This document shows, one piece after another, positions 16,161 through 26,575 of a stretch of 45,823 nt of DNA (its first letter is position 1; each line of letters opens with the position of its first letter). Source of the DNA: Nitrospira japonica. Its GTDB lineage: Bacteria > Nitrospirota > Thermodesulfovibrionia > Thermodesulfovibrionales > SM23-35. The stretch lies in the NCBI GenBank assembly GCA_020725385.1, contig DYFC01000018.1, positions 1-45,823 of the forward strand, written 5' to 3'. The notes under the pieces were generated by a model. The model had not been told where the DNA came from. It ran no database searches and saw only the letters and a program-made list of their open reading frames with translations. The position numbers and the translations under genes are program-made.

Positions 16161-17987
16161 ATGCCAAAAAAATTGTTAACTTTTCTTTTATTGTTTTCAA
16201 TAATTACTGGTTTTCTAGGTGGTTTTCTTTACTGGACATTGTCCGACCTGCCCAATATAAAGCTTCTTGAAGAATATACGCCCTTTGAATCTTCGAAAGT
16301 TTACTCAAGTGATGGCAAACTTCTGGCTGAGTTTTATCTTGAAAGAAGGACCTTCATCCCGCATTATCAAATTCCCGATATTCTGAAAAAAGCTTTTATT
16401 TCAGTCGAGGATGTACGTTTTTATAATCACCCCGGGGTTGATTTAATTGGAGTACTGCGTGCTCTCTGGCATGATATAAAAGCCGGGGGTGTTGTCGAAG
16501 GAGGCAGTACTATTACACAGCAGCTTGCCCGCATGTTGTTCCTTACACCGGATAAAAGTATCAAAAGAAAAATAAAGGAAGTTGCTATTTCTATAAAAAT
16601 TGAAAAGAAATATACAAAAGAAGAAATAATAGGCATGTATTTAAACCAGGCTTATTTTGGTACAAGAGCATATGGAATAGAAGCTGCTGCACAAACATAT
16701 TTTGGAAAATCAGTACATGAACTTAATCTTGCGGAAGCAGCTTTACTTGCTTCGTTACCAAAAGCTCCTTCTTCTTATTCCCCTTTTAAAAATAAGGAAA
16801 AAGCACTTGAAAGAAGGGCGTTTGTACTAAAACAGATGCTTGAAAATAAGTTTATTACAGAGAAAGAATATAACGAAGCCCTTAGGGTGCCTCTGCCCGA
16901 AATTCCTCATTACAGGAAATATGAAGCCCCTTATTTTATTGAAATGTTAAGACAAAATCTCGAAGCAAAATATGGAAATGAACTTTATACAGGTGGCTTA
17001 AAAATTATATCAACGCTTGACTCAAGAATGCAGAACATTGCTGAGAATGCAGTTAAGAATGGAGTCGAACAACTTACCAGGAGAATTCAGCCTCCTGTGG
17101 AGAGCGCCTTAATTGCTATGGATATTCGAACAGGTTTTGTAAGAGCTATGGTAGGAGGTACTGATTTTTGGAAAAATCAATATAATAGAGCTACACAGGC
17201 ACTAAGACAGCCAGGGTCTGCTTTTAAACCTTTTGTTTACATGGCAGCAATTGAGAATGGTATGACAGCAGATTCTGTAATTAACGACTCTCCTGTATCA
17301 TTTGCAGGAGCAAGAGCAGGGCAACGCTGGATTCCAGCCAACTATGATGGAAAATATTATGGAACTGTTACACTTAGAACAGCTCTCGCAAAATCACTTA
17401 ATTGTGCAACAATAAGGCTTGCATCAAATCTGGGAGTAGAAAATATAATTGAAATTGCCCAGAGGCTTGGTATTAAAAGTAAACTCCAACCATATCTTCC
17501 CATTGCAATTGGAGCATCAGATGTAACTTTATTAGAAATGGTAAAAGCTTACTCAACTTTTTTAAACGGTTCTCAACCAGCGCCTATTTTTTATGAGAGA
17601 ATATTAAACAGAGATGGAATTGTAATTGAAGAAGTCAAACCTTCTTTTGAAGAATTGCTTGCAGAAGAAGACGTTGAACAGATAAAAGAATTACTAAAAG
17701 CAGTTGTTAATGAAGGAACTGCAACAAGAGCAAAAGAGATAAAAAGAACAATTTATGGTAAGACAGGCACAACAAATAATTATACAGATGCCTGGTTTAT
17801 AGGTTTTGACGATACTTTAGTTGCAGGAGTATGGGTAGGAAGAGATAATCATAAACCTCTTGGTCCGGGTATGACCGGATCTCAAGCTGCTCTGCCAATA
17901 TGGATTGAATTTATGAAAAAAGCGCCTCTACAAATTCTTCAGGAACAAAATCTCTTAGATCCTCAATCCCCTCTCCAACACCAATGA
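16161..17987 (+). CDS. Class A penicillin-binding protein (PBP1A family, transglycosylase + transpeptidase)
   Basis: EDVRFYNH, GGSTITQQL, RKIKE; SAFK (SxxK), SLN, KTG. Confidence 0.93.
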   Translation: MPKKLLTFLLLFSIITGFLGGFLYWTLSDLPNIKLLEEYTPFESSKVYSSDGKLLAEFYLERRTFIPHYQIPDILKKAFISVEDVRFYNHPGVDLIGVLRALWHDIKAGGVVEGGSTITQQLARMLFLTPDKSIKRKIKEVAISIKIEKKYTKEEIIGMYLNQAYFGTRAYGIEAAAQTYFGKSVHELNLAEAALLASLPKAPSSYSPFKNKEKALERRAFVLKQMLENKFITEKEYNEALRVPLPEIPHYRKYEAPYFIEMLRQNLEAKYGNELYTGGLKIISTLDSRMQNIAENAVKNGVEQLTRRIQPPVESALIAMDIRTGFVRAMVGGTDFWKNQYNRATQALRQPGSAFKPFVYMAAIENGMTADSVINDSPVSFAGARAGQRWIPANYDGKYYGTVTLRTALAKSLNCATIRLASNLGVENIIEIAQRLGIKSKLQPYLPIAIGASDVTLLEMVKAYSTFLNGSQPAPIFYERILNRDGIVIEEVKPSFEELLAEEDVEQIKELLKAVVNEGTATRAKEIKRTIYGKTGTTNNYTDAWFIGFDDTLVAGVWVGRDNHKPLGPGMTGSQAALPIWIEFMKKAPLQILQEQNLLDPQSPLQHQ

Positions 17988-18816
17988 GTTTTACCGGGAT
18001 TCCAAGATTCCTATTTATTGCAAAGATAATTCCTCCTTTTGCGGTACCATCAAGTTTTGTAAGAGCAATACCTGTAACATCAACAGCTTCTTTAAAATAT
18101 TCAGCCTGACGCAAAGCATTTTGTCCGGTTGTTGCATCTACAACAAGCAATGTTTCCTGTGGAGCCTCAGGCATTGCTTTTTGTATTGATCTTTTAACTT
18201 TTTTAAGTTCTTCCATTAGATTACTTTTTGTATGAAGTCTTCCTGCTGTATCAATAATAACTACATCTATATTTCTGCTTTTTGCAGCTATAATTGCATC
18301 AAAAGCTACTGCGGCAGGATCAGAACCTTGTTGATGTTTTACAAACTGTGTATCTGCTCTTTTTGCCCATATTTCAAGTTGTTCTATTGCTGCTGCTCTA
18401 AAGGTATCTCCAGCAGCAAGAAGAACTGAAAGACCCTGCGAACGAAATCTGCTTGCAAGTTTTCCTATAGTTGTAGTTTTACCAACTCCATTAACTCCTA
18501 TAGCCAATATTACGAAAGGTTTTGAGTTACTTATTACTAAAGGAACAGGTGACCCGAGTAAATTAATCATTTCTTTCTTTAGCAGTTCTTTGACATTTTC
18601 AACATCTGTTGCCTCACCTTTTTTTATTTTTTCCCTTAACCCTGACATTATTTCAGAAGCTGCTTTTGTGCCAACATCAGACATAATTAACGTTTCTTCT
18701 AAATCCTCGAGTGCAGCTTCGTCTATTTTTCTGCCAGTAAATATTTGTTCTACTTTTTCAACAAATGCCTGTCTTGTTTTTGTAAGCTTTTCTTTTAGTT
18801 TGTCAAAAAAACCCAT
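17911..18816 (-). CDS. ftsY: Signal recognition particle receptor FtsY
   Basis: GVNGVGKTTTIGKLA; DTFRAAA; DTAGR; TKLDGTAKGG. Confidence 0.97.
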   Translation of the reverse strand: MGFFDKLKEKLTKTRQAFVEKVEQIFTGRKIDEAALEDLEETLIMSDVGTKAASEIMSGLREKIKKGEATDVENVKELLKKEMINLLGSPVPLVISNSKPFVILAIGVNGVGKTTTIGKLASRFRSQGLSVLLAAGDTFRAAAIEQLEIWAKRADTQFVKHQQGSDPAAVAFDAIIAAKSRNIDVVIIDTAGRLHTKSNLMEELKKVKRSIQKAMPEAPQETLLVVDATTGQNALRQAEYFKEAVDVTGIALTKLDGTAKGGIIFAINRNLGIPVKLIGVGEGIEDLRDFVPEEFVEALFS

Positions 18817-19086
18817 TTATCCTCCTGTTTCTTTCTTGCTCATGTAATCGATTAGATACAATGACTGATGATAAATTCCGGTATCCAAATTAAAACAAAA
18901 ATTATTTGAAACAATACAATTATTACGAGAAAATTTGTTTTTCAAACTTAATAAAGTATTACAAGATAGTAAAGACAGTCTTTATTTTAATTTTTTATTT
19001 AATATTTTATCAATCAATTAATAGCTTTTTTTAGGGTAATTATGATAAATTTAAATTTTAAATGATCCAAATGGAGGTGTTTTTTA

Positions 19087-20109
19087 ATGTTAAAGAAAAA
19101 AGAAAAGTATGTCGTTGCTGTGGTAGGAGCTACAGGAGCTGTTGGCAATGAAATGATTAAAACACTCGAGCAGAGAAAATTCCCGGTAGAAACTCTGAGG
19201 CTTTTTGCATCTGAAAGATCTGAAGGCAAAAAGCTTGAGTATAAAGATACAGAAATTACAGTTGAAAAATTAAATGAAAAGTCATTTGAAGGGATTGATA
19301 TAGCTTTGTTTTCAGCAGGAGCTGAAAGATCTAAAATATGGGCTCCTGTAGCTGCAAAATCAGGCTGTGTTGTTGTTGATAATTCAAGCCAGTGGAGAAT
19401 GGATCCTGAAATTCCTCTGGTTGTGCCTGAAGTAAATCCTCATGACTTAAAATGGCATAAAGGAATTATAGCAAATCCAAATTGTTCCACTATTCAGATG
19501 GTTGTAGTACTTAAACCTATACATGATGCTGTAAAGATAAAAAGAGTTGTTGTGACAACATTTCAGGCAGTTTCAGGAACAGGGCAAAAAGCTATTGATG
19601 AACTTTTGCAGCAAACTACTGATTTGCTAAATTTCAGGGATGTAAAATGTAATGTTTATCCCCATCAAATTGCTTTTAATGTTTTACCACATATAGATAA
19701 ATTTCTTGAAAATGGTTATACAAAAGAAGAGATGAAAATGGTTAACGAGACTAAGAAAATTATGGGAGATGATTCAATAAAAGTTACAGCTACAACCGTA
19801 CGTGTGCCTGTTTTTAGAGGACATTCTGAGAGTCTTAACATTGAAACAGAAAAGAAAATATCCCCGAATGAAGTGAGGGCATTACTTTCAACTGCTCCGG
19901 GTATTATTGTTTATGATGCTCCGGAAAAGAATATTTATCCTTTGCCTCTTTATGCTGCTGGTAAGGATGAGACTTATGTTGGAAGAATCAGAGAAGACAA
20001 TACAATAGAAAATGGAATTAATATGTGGATTGTATCTGATAATCTAAGAAAAGGTGCTGCATTGAATGCTGTTCAGATCGCTGAAAAATTAATTGAAATG
20101 GCTGAATAA
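19087..20109 (+). CDS. asd: Aspartate-semialdehyde dehydrogenase
   Basis: GATGAVG; PLVVPEVN; ANPNCST; DNLRKGAALNAVQIAE. Confidence 0.97.
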   Translation: MLKKKEKYVVAVVGATGAVGNEMIKTLEQRKFPVETLRLFASERSEGKKLEYKDTEITVEKLNEKSFEGIDIALFSAGAERSKIWAPVAAKSGCVVVDNSSQWRMDPEIPLVVPEVNPHDLKWHKGIIANPNCSTIQMVVVLKPIHDAVKIKRVVVTTFQAVSGTGQKAIDELLQQTTDLLNFRDVKCNVYPHQIAFNVLPHIDKFLENGYTKEEMKMVNETKKIMGDDSIKVTATTVRVPVFRGHSESLNIETEKKISPNEVRALLSTAPGIIVYDAPEKNIYPLPLYAAGKDETYVGRIREDNTIENGINMWIVSDNLRKGAALNAVQIAEKLIEMAE

Positions 20110-20135
20110 ATCAGAAAGGAACTTAAGATATAGCT

Positions 20136-21452
20136 TTGCAAAAGGTTGATTATATTGTATGCGGAGATTATATCCTTCCAATGGATGAATCTCTGAGGGT
20201 TATTGAAAAAGGCGCGATTTCTATTGATAAAGGTAATATTTTTAAGATAGGGAATGAAGATGAGATATTAAAAATATATACCTCTGATAAAATTATAAAA
20301 ATCAATGATAGTATTATCATGCCGGGTCTTATTAATACACATACTCATGCTGCAATGGTTTACTTCAGGGGTATTGCTGATGACCTACCGCTTAATGAAT
20401 GGCTTAATAATCATATCTGGCCTGCTGAAAACAAATGGCTTAGCAAGGAATTTATCAAAGATGCTATAGAACTTGCGTGTCTTGAGATGCTTAAAGGTGG
20501 AATTACAACATTTAATGACATGTATTTTTTTAATGATTCTGCTGCTGAGTCCTGTAAACGTCTTGGGATGAGAGCTGTTCTCGGGTCAGGAATACTTGAT
20601 TTTCCGAGTGTATCTGCAAAGACAACAGATGAATACCTTGAAAATGCTGTACAATTCATTGATAGGTGGAAAGGGGATGAATTAATAACACCATGTATTG
20701 CACCGCATGCAGTATATACCTGTGGTCCTGAAACTTTAAAAAAGTCGATGGAAATTGCTGAAAAATTTGATGTCCCTGTCCATATCCACCTTTCTGAAAC
20801 AGAATGGGAAGTTGGAGAGATTCTGTTAAGATACAGGAAAAGGCCTGTTGAGCATCTTGCTGGACTTGGTATTTTAAATGAAAGGGTTCTGGCTGCTCAT
20901 TGTATATGGTTACATGATAATGAAATTGAACTTCTTGCAAAGAATAAAGTAGGAGTAGCCCATTGTATGGAAAGTAACCTCAAACTTGCCTCTGGTTTTG
21001 CACCTGTTGCTACGATGCTTTCTTCTGGGATTAAGGTTACTTTTGGAACAGATGGAGCAGCAAGTAATAATGACTTAAATATCTTTAGTGAGATGTCAAC
21101 AACTGCCAAAGTTCATAAAGCACTATCTAACAATCCTACTGTTCTGGATGCAAAAACAGTCGTTTTAATGGCAACAAAATGGGGAGCAGATGTTTTGGGT
21201 CTTGGAAACAAAATAGGCACTCTTGAGTCAGGAAAATCTGCTGATTTAATTGTTTTGAATATCAAGAAACCACATTTAATGCCAATTTATAATATTTACT
21301 CCCATATTGTATATGCTGCTCTTGCATCTGATGTTGAATTTGTTATGGTTAATGGTAAAATTGTAATCGATAACAGAAAACCTGTTAATGCTGATGAAGA
21401 TGAAATTTTATTTAAAGCAAAAAAATGGGAAGAAAGAATAAAATCTGCATAG
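20136..21452 (+). CDS. mtaD: Amidohydrolase, 5-methylthioadenosine/S-adenosylhomocysteine deaminase family
   Basis: PGLINTHTH; APHAVYT; HIHLSE; AHC; GTDGAASNNDL; TTG start uncertain. Confidence 0.82.
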   Translation: MQKVDYIVCGDYILPMDESLRVIEKGAISIDKGNIFKIGNEDEILKIYTSDKIIKINDSIIMPGLINTHTHAAMVYFRGIADDLPLNEWLNNHIWPAENKWLSKEFIKDAIELACLEMLKGGITTFNDMYFFNDSAAESCKRLGMRAVLGSGILDFPSVSAKTTDEYLENAVQFIDRWKGDELITPCIAPHAVYTCGPETLKKSMEIAEKFDVPVHIHLSETEWEVGEILLRYRKRPVEHLAGLGILNERVLAAHCIWLHDNEIELLAKNKVGVAHCMESNLKLASGFAPVATMLSSGIKVTFGTDGAASNNDLNIFSEMSTTAKVHKALSNNPTVLDAKTVVLMATKWGADVLGLGNKIGTLESGKSADLIVLNIKKPHLMPIYNIYSHIVYAALASDVEFVMVNGKIVIDNRKPVNADEDEILFKAKKWEERIKSA

Positions 21453-21455
21453 GGT

Positions 21456-22049
21456 TTAGATTTCTCTTCTTCCTTCAAGAGCTTTTCCGAGAGTTACTTC
21501 ATCGGCGAATTCAATATCACCGCCAATAGGTAAACCATAAGCAATCCTTGTAACCTTTATGTTATAAGGTTTTAGAATTTCTCTGATATACTGGGCAGTC
21601 ATTTCACCTTTGGTATTTGGATTTGTGGCAATAATTATTTCCTGTACCGAATCACTGCGGACTCTTTCGATAAGTTCATTTATCTTTAATCTATCGGGTG
21701 TAATACCGTCAATAGGTGAAAGAGCGCCAAGCAATACATGGTATAAACCATTAAATACGCCCGAACGCTCTATGACTATGATATTGCTTGGTTCTTCAAC
21801 AACACATACTTTGCTTGAGTCTCTTAAACTGTTTCTGCATATGTTGCATATTTCTTCATCAGTAATATTAAAGCAGTTCTTGCAGAACCTTGCTTTTTCC
21901 TTAACTTCAATAATTGCATTTGCAATGTTTTTTGCTTCTTCAGAAGACATTGAAAGGATAAAAAAGGCAAGCCTTTGAGCTGTCTTTCTCCCTATACCGG
22001 GAAGTTTTGTAAGTTCTTTAATAAGATTTTCGATAATTCCATGTTCCAT
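21456..22049 (-). CDS. recR: Recombination mediator RecR
   Basis: LPGIGRKTAQRLA; C4 zinc finger; YHVLLGALSP; RIAYGLPIGGDIEFADEVTL. Confidence 0.97.
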   Translation of the reverse strand: MEHGIIENLIKELTKLPGIGRKTAQRLAFFILSMSSEEAKNIANAIIEVKEKARFCKNCFNITDEEICNICRNSLRDSSKVCVVEEPSNIIVIERSGVFNGLYHVLLGALSPIDGITPDRLKINELIERVRSDSVQEIIIATNPNTKGEMTAQYIREILKPYNIKVTRIAYGLPIGGDIEFADEVTLGKALEGRREI

Positions 22050-22051
22050 AT

Positions 22052-22618
22052 TTATTTTTTTTCTTTTGGTGGATATTGTTCGAGAATTCTAATAATAATT
22101 TTATTAATGTCTTCATAACTCATTCCAGGGTTCATAACACCAGAGGCAACACCCCGCCAGATTAATTCTTTCTTTCTTGCATCAACAAAATCAATGATTA
22201 TAGTGCCAACTTCATATTCATATGTATCAGTTCCGCGTCTATAATCAACTGTATCTTTCCCATAAGGGTAAGGAACATGACCAAAAGGATGTGGTCCAAT
22301 ATGGTAATAATCTCTGTCCCTGTAAGCATATCCCCATTCCTGAACATCAACCTTTTTTTCCTTGCCACCATGTAATGCAATAAGCATATCAGGATTTTTA
22401 TCAGTTTGAATAAGTCCTTTTGCTTCAAGCTGTCTGTTTACAGCAAGCTTTATATGTTTTAATGTAAGCTCGTTTTCAGATGTTTTCTCAGGCATTGACA
22501 TCCAATCGTATTTTTTAATAAGTGAAAAATTAACTTCCTGATCATAATCGTAATATACATCTAATGTGGCGCAACCGATAAAGAAAATTACGAAGAAAAA
22601 TAATAACGAATATTTCAT
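22052..22618 (-). CDS. DUF4136-like lipoprotein
   Basis: Lipobox FIGC; DYDQEVNFS..KYDW; YEVGTIIIDFVDA..LIWRG; start 22618 after AAGGAGG. Confidence 0.75.
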   Translation of the reverse strand: MKYSLLFFFVIFFIGCATLDVYYDYDQEVNFSLIKKYDWMSMPEKTSENELTLKHIKLAVNRQLEAKGLIQTDKNPDMLIALHGGKEKKVDVQEWGYAYRDRDYYHIGPHPFGHVPYPYGKDTVDYRRGTDTYEYEVGTIIIDFVDARKKELIWRGVASGVMNPGMSYEDINKIIIRILEQYPPKEKK

Positions 22619-22666
22619 GATAATATATCCTCCTTTCTTAAACAATAAACGATGAAATGAGTTTTT

Positions 22667-25219
22667 TCAAGAAGATAGTTTAATATTTGAATCAAGAATT
22701 TCTTTGATTTTTGTGATAAGTTCATCCGGTTTTATCGGTTTATTCATAAATGTTAAATTGTCATTTAAAGACAATCTGTTCTTTATATGTTCCTCAGCAT
22801 AACCACTTATAAAAATAAATTTCGCATCAGGATTCAATTGTTTGATTTCCCCATAGACTAAATCTCCTGTTTTCTGCGGCATAATCAGATCAGATATAAT
22901 CAATGATATTTCATCTTTATATTTATTATATTTGTCAATAATATCCTGTCCATCAGTTGCTTCTATAATATGATACCCTGATTCTTCAAGTATTGTCTTT
23001 AATCCTTCTCTTACTTCAGAATCATCCTCGCCAAGTAATAATTTTTCACCTGTGCCGTAATTAATATTTAAAAATTGTTTTTGCTCAGGTACAGCTTCTT
23101 TATCAATTAAAGGCAAATGAATATTAAAAGTGGTTCCTTTTCCTTCAGTGCTTGATACATCAATAAAACCTTTATGTTCTTTTATAATTCCATATACTAT
23201 TGCGAGTCCAAGTCCGGTACCTTTCCCAACCTCTTTTGTTGTATAGAAAGGTTCGAAAATCCTGTCTTTGGTAATTTCACTCATGCCTATACCTGTGTCA
23301 GAGAAAGATATTTTTACATATTTTGACGAAGTGATTACACCGCAAGACTGGAAAATATTATTTATTTCTATAGGTTCTGTTTTTATTAGGATTTCTCCAC
23401 CTTTTGGCATGGCATCTCTTGCATTTGTAGCAAGGTTCATAAGAACCTGTTCAATCTGGCTTTTGTCAGCCATGACAATTAAAGGTTCTTGATATGTTAT
23501 AACTTTTAATTTTATATCTTCTCCGATAATCCTTAAGAGCAATTTACCAAAGGCTTCAATTATTATATTTATATCAACAGGAGCTAACTTTGTGACCTGC
23601 TTTCTGCTAAACGTTAACAAACTCTTAGTAAGGTTTGAAGCATTCTCTGAAAGAGACAATATTTTCTCAAGATATTTATTCAATGGATCGTCATTTCTTA
23701 ATTTCATTTGTGTGAGTGTGGTATAGCTTACAATCGCACTTAATATATTATTAAAATCATGGGCTACGCCTCCAGCAAGAAGGCCAATTGCCTCCATTTT
23801 TTGTGATTGAAGCAATTGTGACTCGAGTTTCTTTCTTTCCTCTTCATTCTTCTTTCTTTCAGTAATATTTCTGAAAATACATTGGCTTGCAATAATCTTA
23901 TCTCCTGAGTATCTTAAACTTACAGTTCCTTCTACAAAAATTTTTTCTCCATTTTTGGTTAATAAACATGTTTCAAATTCTTTCAACTGTTTTCCTGCAA
24001 GAATTTGCTCAAACATATTTTTACAGTGTGTTTTAAAATCAGGGCATATCACATCCATAATATTCATTTTTTGTAATTCTTCCCATGTATATCCCATTGT
24101 TTTAAGCCATGAAGGATTTACAAAAATAAACTTACCATCAGGAGATAAACTTTGAATCATATCATATGCGTTATCTACTAATGAATGATATTTTTCCTCG
24201 CTTTCACGTAAAGCGATTGCAGTATTTTTATGCTCAATAATTTCATTTAAAAGGTTTTGTTTTTGCTCAAAAAATTTTAGTATAAGCCTTGCGATATGCC
24301 CGAACTCGCTTTTTTCTTTGGATAACTCCCTGACATATTCTGGTGAGTTTTCAGTTAAAGATTTAGAAATAACTTTTAAAGGTTTATTAACCCATTTTAT
24401 TAAAAAGAAACCAAGGATTAGAAGTATTGAAATAGAAAATATTATAAAAAGTGCGTATTGAGAAAATGAAAGACGCTGAAATTCAGAGAATATTGGAAAG
24501 TTTTGAGATACTTTTATATATTTTAAAGGAGTATTATCCCACTTATTTAAAGTTTTATAAAAAACTATCTGTGAATAGTTATTGCTTTCCTGTTTATTGT
24601 TTAAATCTTTCTGAGACATTATTTCCAAAGAACTATTTGTAATTGTTGAAATTTCGGAAATATACTCTTTTGTCCATAGACGTCCTACAAAAAAATAACC
24701 TTTAGCTTTAGACTTTCTCTCAATATCAGTAGTCGAGTGTATCGTTGCTCCACGTATTTCTATAATACCCTCTGGTATCTCCTCAAAAAAATGAGGGAAT
24801 TTATTATTTTCAAAAAGCGTTTTAAATTTATCAGATGGCAATACAGGAATACTTTTTAGATTTTCTGTCTTGGCTGAATATATGAGGGAAAGATCTGGAT
24901 TGTAAACCAAAAGCACATCAGCACGAAAAGTATTAAGTGATGTATCAAGATTGAGTTCCGCCCATCTCTTATCTTTTGTTCGAACAAAATTGACCATATC
25001 ATCCCATATGGTATAGTCATATGCAAAAAACTTGAGCGGTTCTCCTTTGAAATTAATTGTTTTATCAAAATCTGACTGTTGATCATATGTTATGTTTTCA
25101 TGGATAAGACCTAATCTTTTGTTTTCAAAGGATTTCATAGCAATAAATATTGCCATGAAAATAAGGATAGTTAAAATAATTAAAAAAACTAATTTGGTTT
25201 GAATATATTTAAACATCAA
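22667..25219 (-). CDS. Membrane hybrid histidine kinase (CHASE4-like sensor, PAS, HisKA, HATPase, receiver)
   Basis: DYTIWDDM CHASE4-type motif between two TM helices; AGGVAHDFNN; FEPFYTTKEVGKGTGLGL; C-terminal receiver ISDLIMP..KP. Confidence 0.9.
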   Translation of the reverse strand: MMFKYIQTKLVFLIILTILIFMAIFIAMKSFENKRLGLIHENITYDQQSDFDKTINFKGEPLKFFAYDYTIWDDMVNFVRTKDKRWAELNLDTSLNTFRADVLLVYNPDLSLIYSAKTENLKSIPVLPSDKFKTLFENNKFPHFFEEIPEGIIEIRGATIHSTTDIERKSKAKGYFFVGRLWTKEYISEISTITNSSLEIMSQKDLNNKQESNNYSQIVFYKTLNKWDNTPLKYIKVSQNFPIFSEFQRLSFSQYALFIIFSISILLILGFFLIKWVNKPLKVISKSLTENSPEYVRELSKEKSEFGHIARLILKFFEQKQNLLNEIIEHKNTAIALRESEEKYHSLVDNAYDMIQSLSPDGKFIFVNPSWLKTMGYTWEELQKMNIMDVICPDFKTHCKNMFEQILAGKQLKEFETCLLTKNGEKIFVEGTVSLRYSGDKIIASQCIFRNITERKKNEEERKKLESQLLQSQKMEAIGLLAGGVAHDFNNILSAIVSYTTLTQMKLRNDDPLNKYLEKILSLSENASNLTKSLLTFSRKQVTKLAPVDINIIIEAFGKLLLRIIGEDIKLKVITYQEPLIVMADKSQIEQVLMNLATNARDAMPKGGEILIKTEPIEINNIFQSCGVITSSKYVKISFSDTGIGMSEITKDRIFEPFYTTKEVGKGTGLGLAIVYGIIKEHKGFIDVSSTEGKGTTFNIHLPLIDKEAVPEQKQFLNINYGTGEKLLLGEDDSEVREGLKTILEESGYHIIEATDGQDIIDKYNKYKDEISLIISDLIMPQKTGDLVYGEIKQLNPDAKFIFISGYAEEHIKNRLSLNDNLTFMNKPIKPDELITKIKEILDSNIKLSS

Positions 25220-25286
25220 AAATTACTTAACTTTATTTTATTTTATTTATTTTAACAGATAATTAAAAGGAATTTTCAATTGTTTT

Positions 25287-25937
25287 TTATAGGCTCTTTG
25301 GAATATTTTCTAAAATAATATCTTCATTTTCTATAATTCCCTGATGGACAAATAAAACTTTAATTTTATTTTTTGCTATTTTTTTTGCGATTATAGTAAA
25401 AGGTACACGAGGACTCCCTATTGCTTTATGAAATGTAAACCAATAATCAGTTAATACAGGAAACTCGAGACTGTATTTTTTAATATGTTCATTTATCTCA
25501 TCCTGTGTATTTCCAACAGCTATGCCAATTATCTTGACTTTATCTTTAAGGTTTTTATCACTTTCAACATTATTAAATAAAGAATTCAAAACAGGGTAAT
25601 TTCTTGGACAACTCATGCAATATGTACTAAAGAATTCGATTATGAAAATACTGCCTTGAATATCTTTGAACGAGAATTTATTTTTGCCTATTAAACCGAG
25701 ATAAGTTGTATGGTTTTGGTTAAGAGTATCAGTAAAAGAAGATTGTGGTAATAGTTGATTCTTTTTAATAGGGATTGTTCCAGCATCAGCTTCTATATGA
25801 ACAGGTGAAAATAATAATAAAACAATTAAAAAAGAGAATGATAAAAATAAAGGTTTTAACAACTGCCTTTTATTCCATTTTTCAAAGGTGAAATCTTTAT
25901 CTGTAGTCTTTTGTCTATCGTTTTTTATCTGTTTCAA
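25287..25937 (-). CDS. Exported TlpA/AhpC-TSA-type thioredoxin-fold protein (CMSC)
   Basis: EFFSTYCMSCP; cis-Pro loop RVPFT; hydrophobic N-terminal segment; start uncertain. Confidence 0.78.
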   Translation of the reverse strand: MKQIKNDRQKTTDKDFTFEKWNKRQLLKPLFLSFSFLIVLLLFSPVHIEADAGTIPIKKNQLLPQSSFTDTLNQNHTTYLGLIGKNKFSFKDIQGSIFIIEFFSTYCMSCPRNYPVLNSLFNNVESDKNLKDKVKIIGIAVGNTQDEINEHIKKYSLEFPVLTDYWFTFHKAIGSPRVPFTIIAKKIAKNKIKVLFVHQGIIENEDIILENIPKSL

Positions 25938-25958
25938 AAGTAATATATGGATTAATTT

Positions 25959-26561
25959 TTAAAGTTTTTCAAGTTCTTTTATAAGCATTTCAAGATTTGG
26001 TCTTGAATTAATGTCATGAACATCTATATAGCGAATAATTCCTTTTTTGTCTATGACGAATAATGCTCTTTCTGAGACACCATCAGGACGCAATATCCCG
26101 TATTTTTTAGAAACAGCACCGTGGGGATAAAAGTCAGAAAGCACAGGGAACCAGAGTTCACCCATTTCTTTTGTCCATGCATAAAGAGTAGGAATATTAT
26201 CAACCGTAATACCAAGCAGTATTGCATTATTCTTCTCGAATAAACTCTTTGCAATATTGTATCCAGGCCATTGGTCAGAACAGACAGGAGTCCATGCTGC
26301 TGGAACAAAAGAGATAACAACATTCTTTTTCCCGCGAAATTGTTTTAAAGAAATTTTTTCTCCTGATAGAGATGGAAGGGTAAAATCAGGAGCTTTCATA
26401 CCTTTTTTTAGATGTGTTTTCGTTGCAATAGGCTTTAAGTTACCAGGATTAAATATTTTCCCTTTAAATTGTTCTGATGCACCAAAGGAGCCTGAAACAG
26501 TGGATGAAAGAAATAATAATATGAAAAGAAAATAAATAATAAAAGTTGAACTTTTTTTCAT
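25959..26561 (-). CDS. Exported 1-Cys peroxiredoxin (AhpE-like)
   Basis: PAAWTPVC (PxxxTxxC); LSDFYPHGAVSKKYG; SERALFVID; only one Cys; signal-like N-terminus. Confidence 0.85.
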   Translation of the reverse strand: MKKSSTFIIYFLFILLFLSSTVSGSFGASEQFKGKIFNPGNLKPIATKTHLKKGMKAPDFTLPSLSGEKISLKQFRGKKNVVISFVPAAWTPVCSDQWPGYNIAKSLFEKNNAILLGITVDNIPTLYAWTKEMGELWFPVLSDFYPHGAVSKKYGILRPDGVSERALFVIDKKGIIRYIDVHDINSRPNLEMLIKELEKL

Positions 26562-26575
26562 AAATTCACCTCCGA

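Noticed and set aside
18817-18980. Short open frame ending MSKKETGG-stop immediately before the ftsY ATG
   Set aside because: No convincing start or SD and no recognisable motif; the GGAGG is simply the ftsY SD.
18817-19086. Lysine riboswitch or attenuator upstream of asd
   Set aside because: No conserved aptamer features or stable stems seen.
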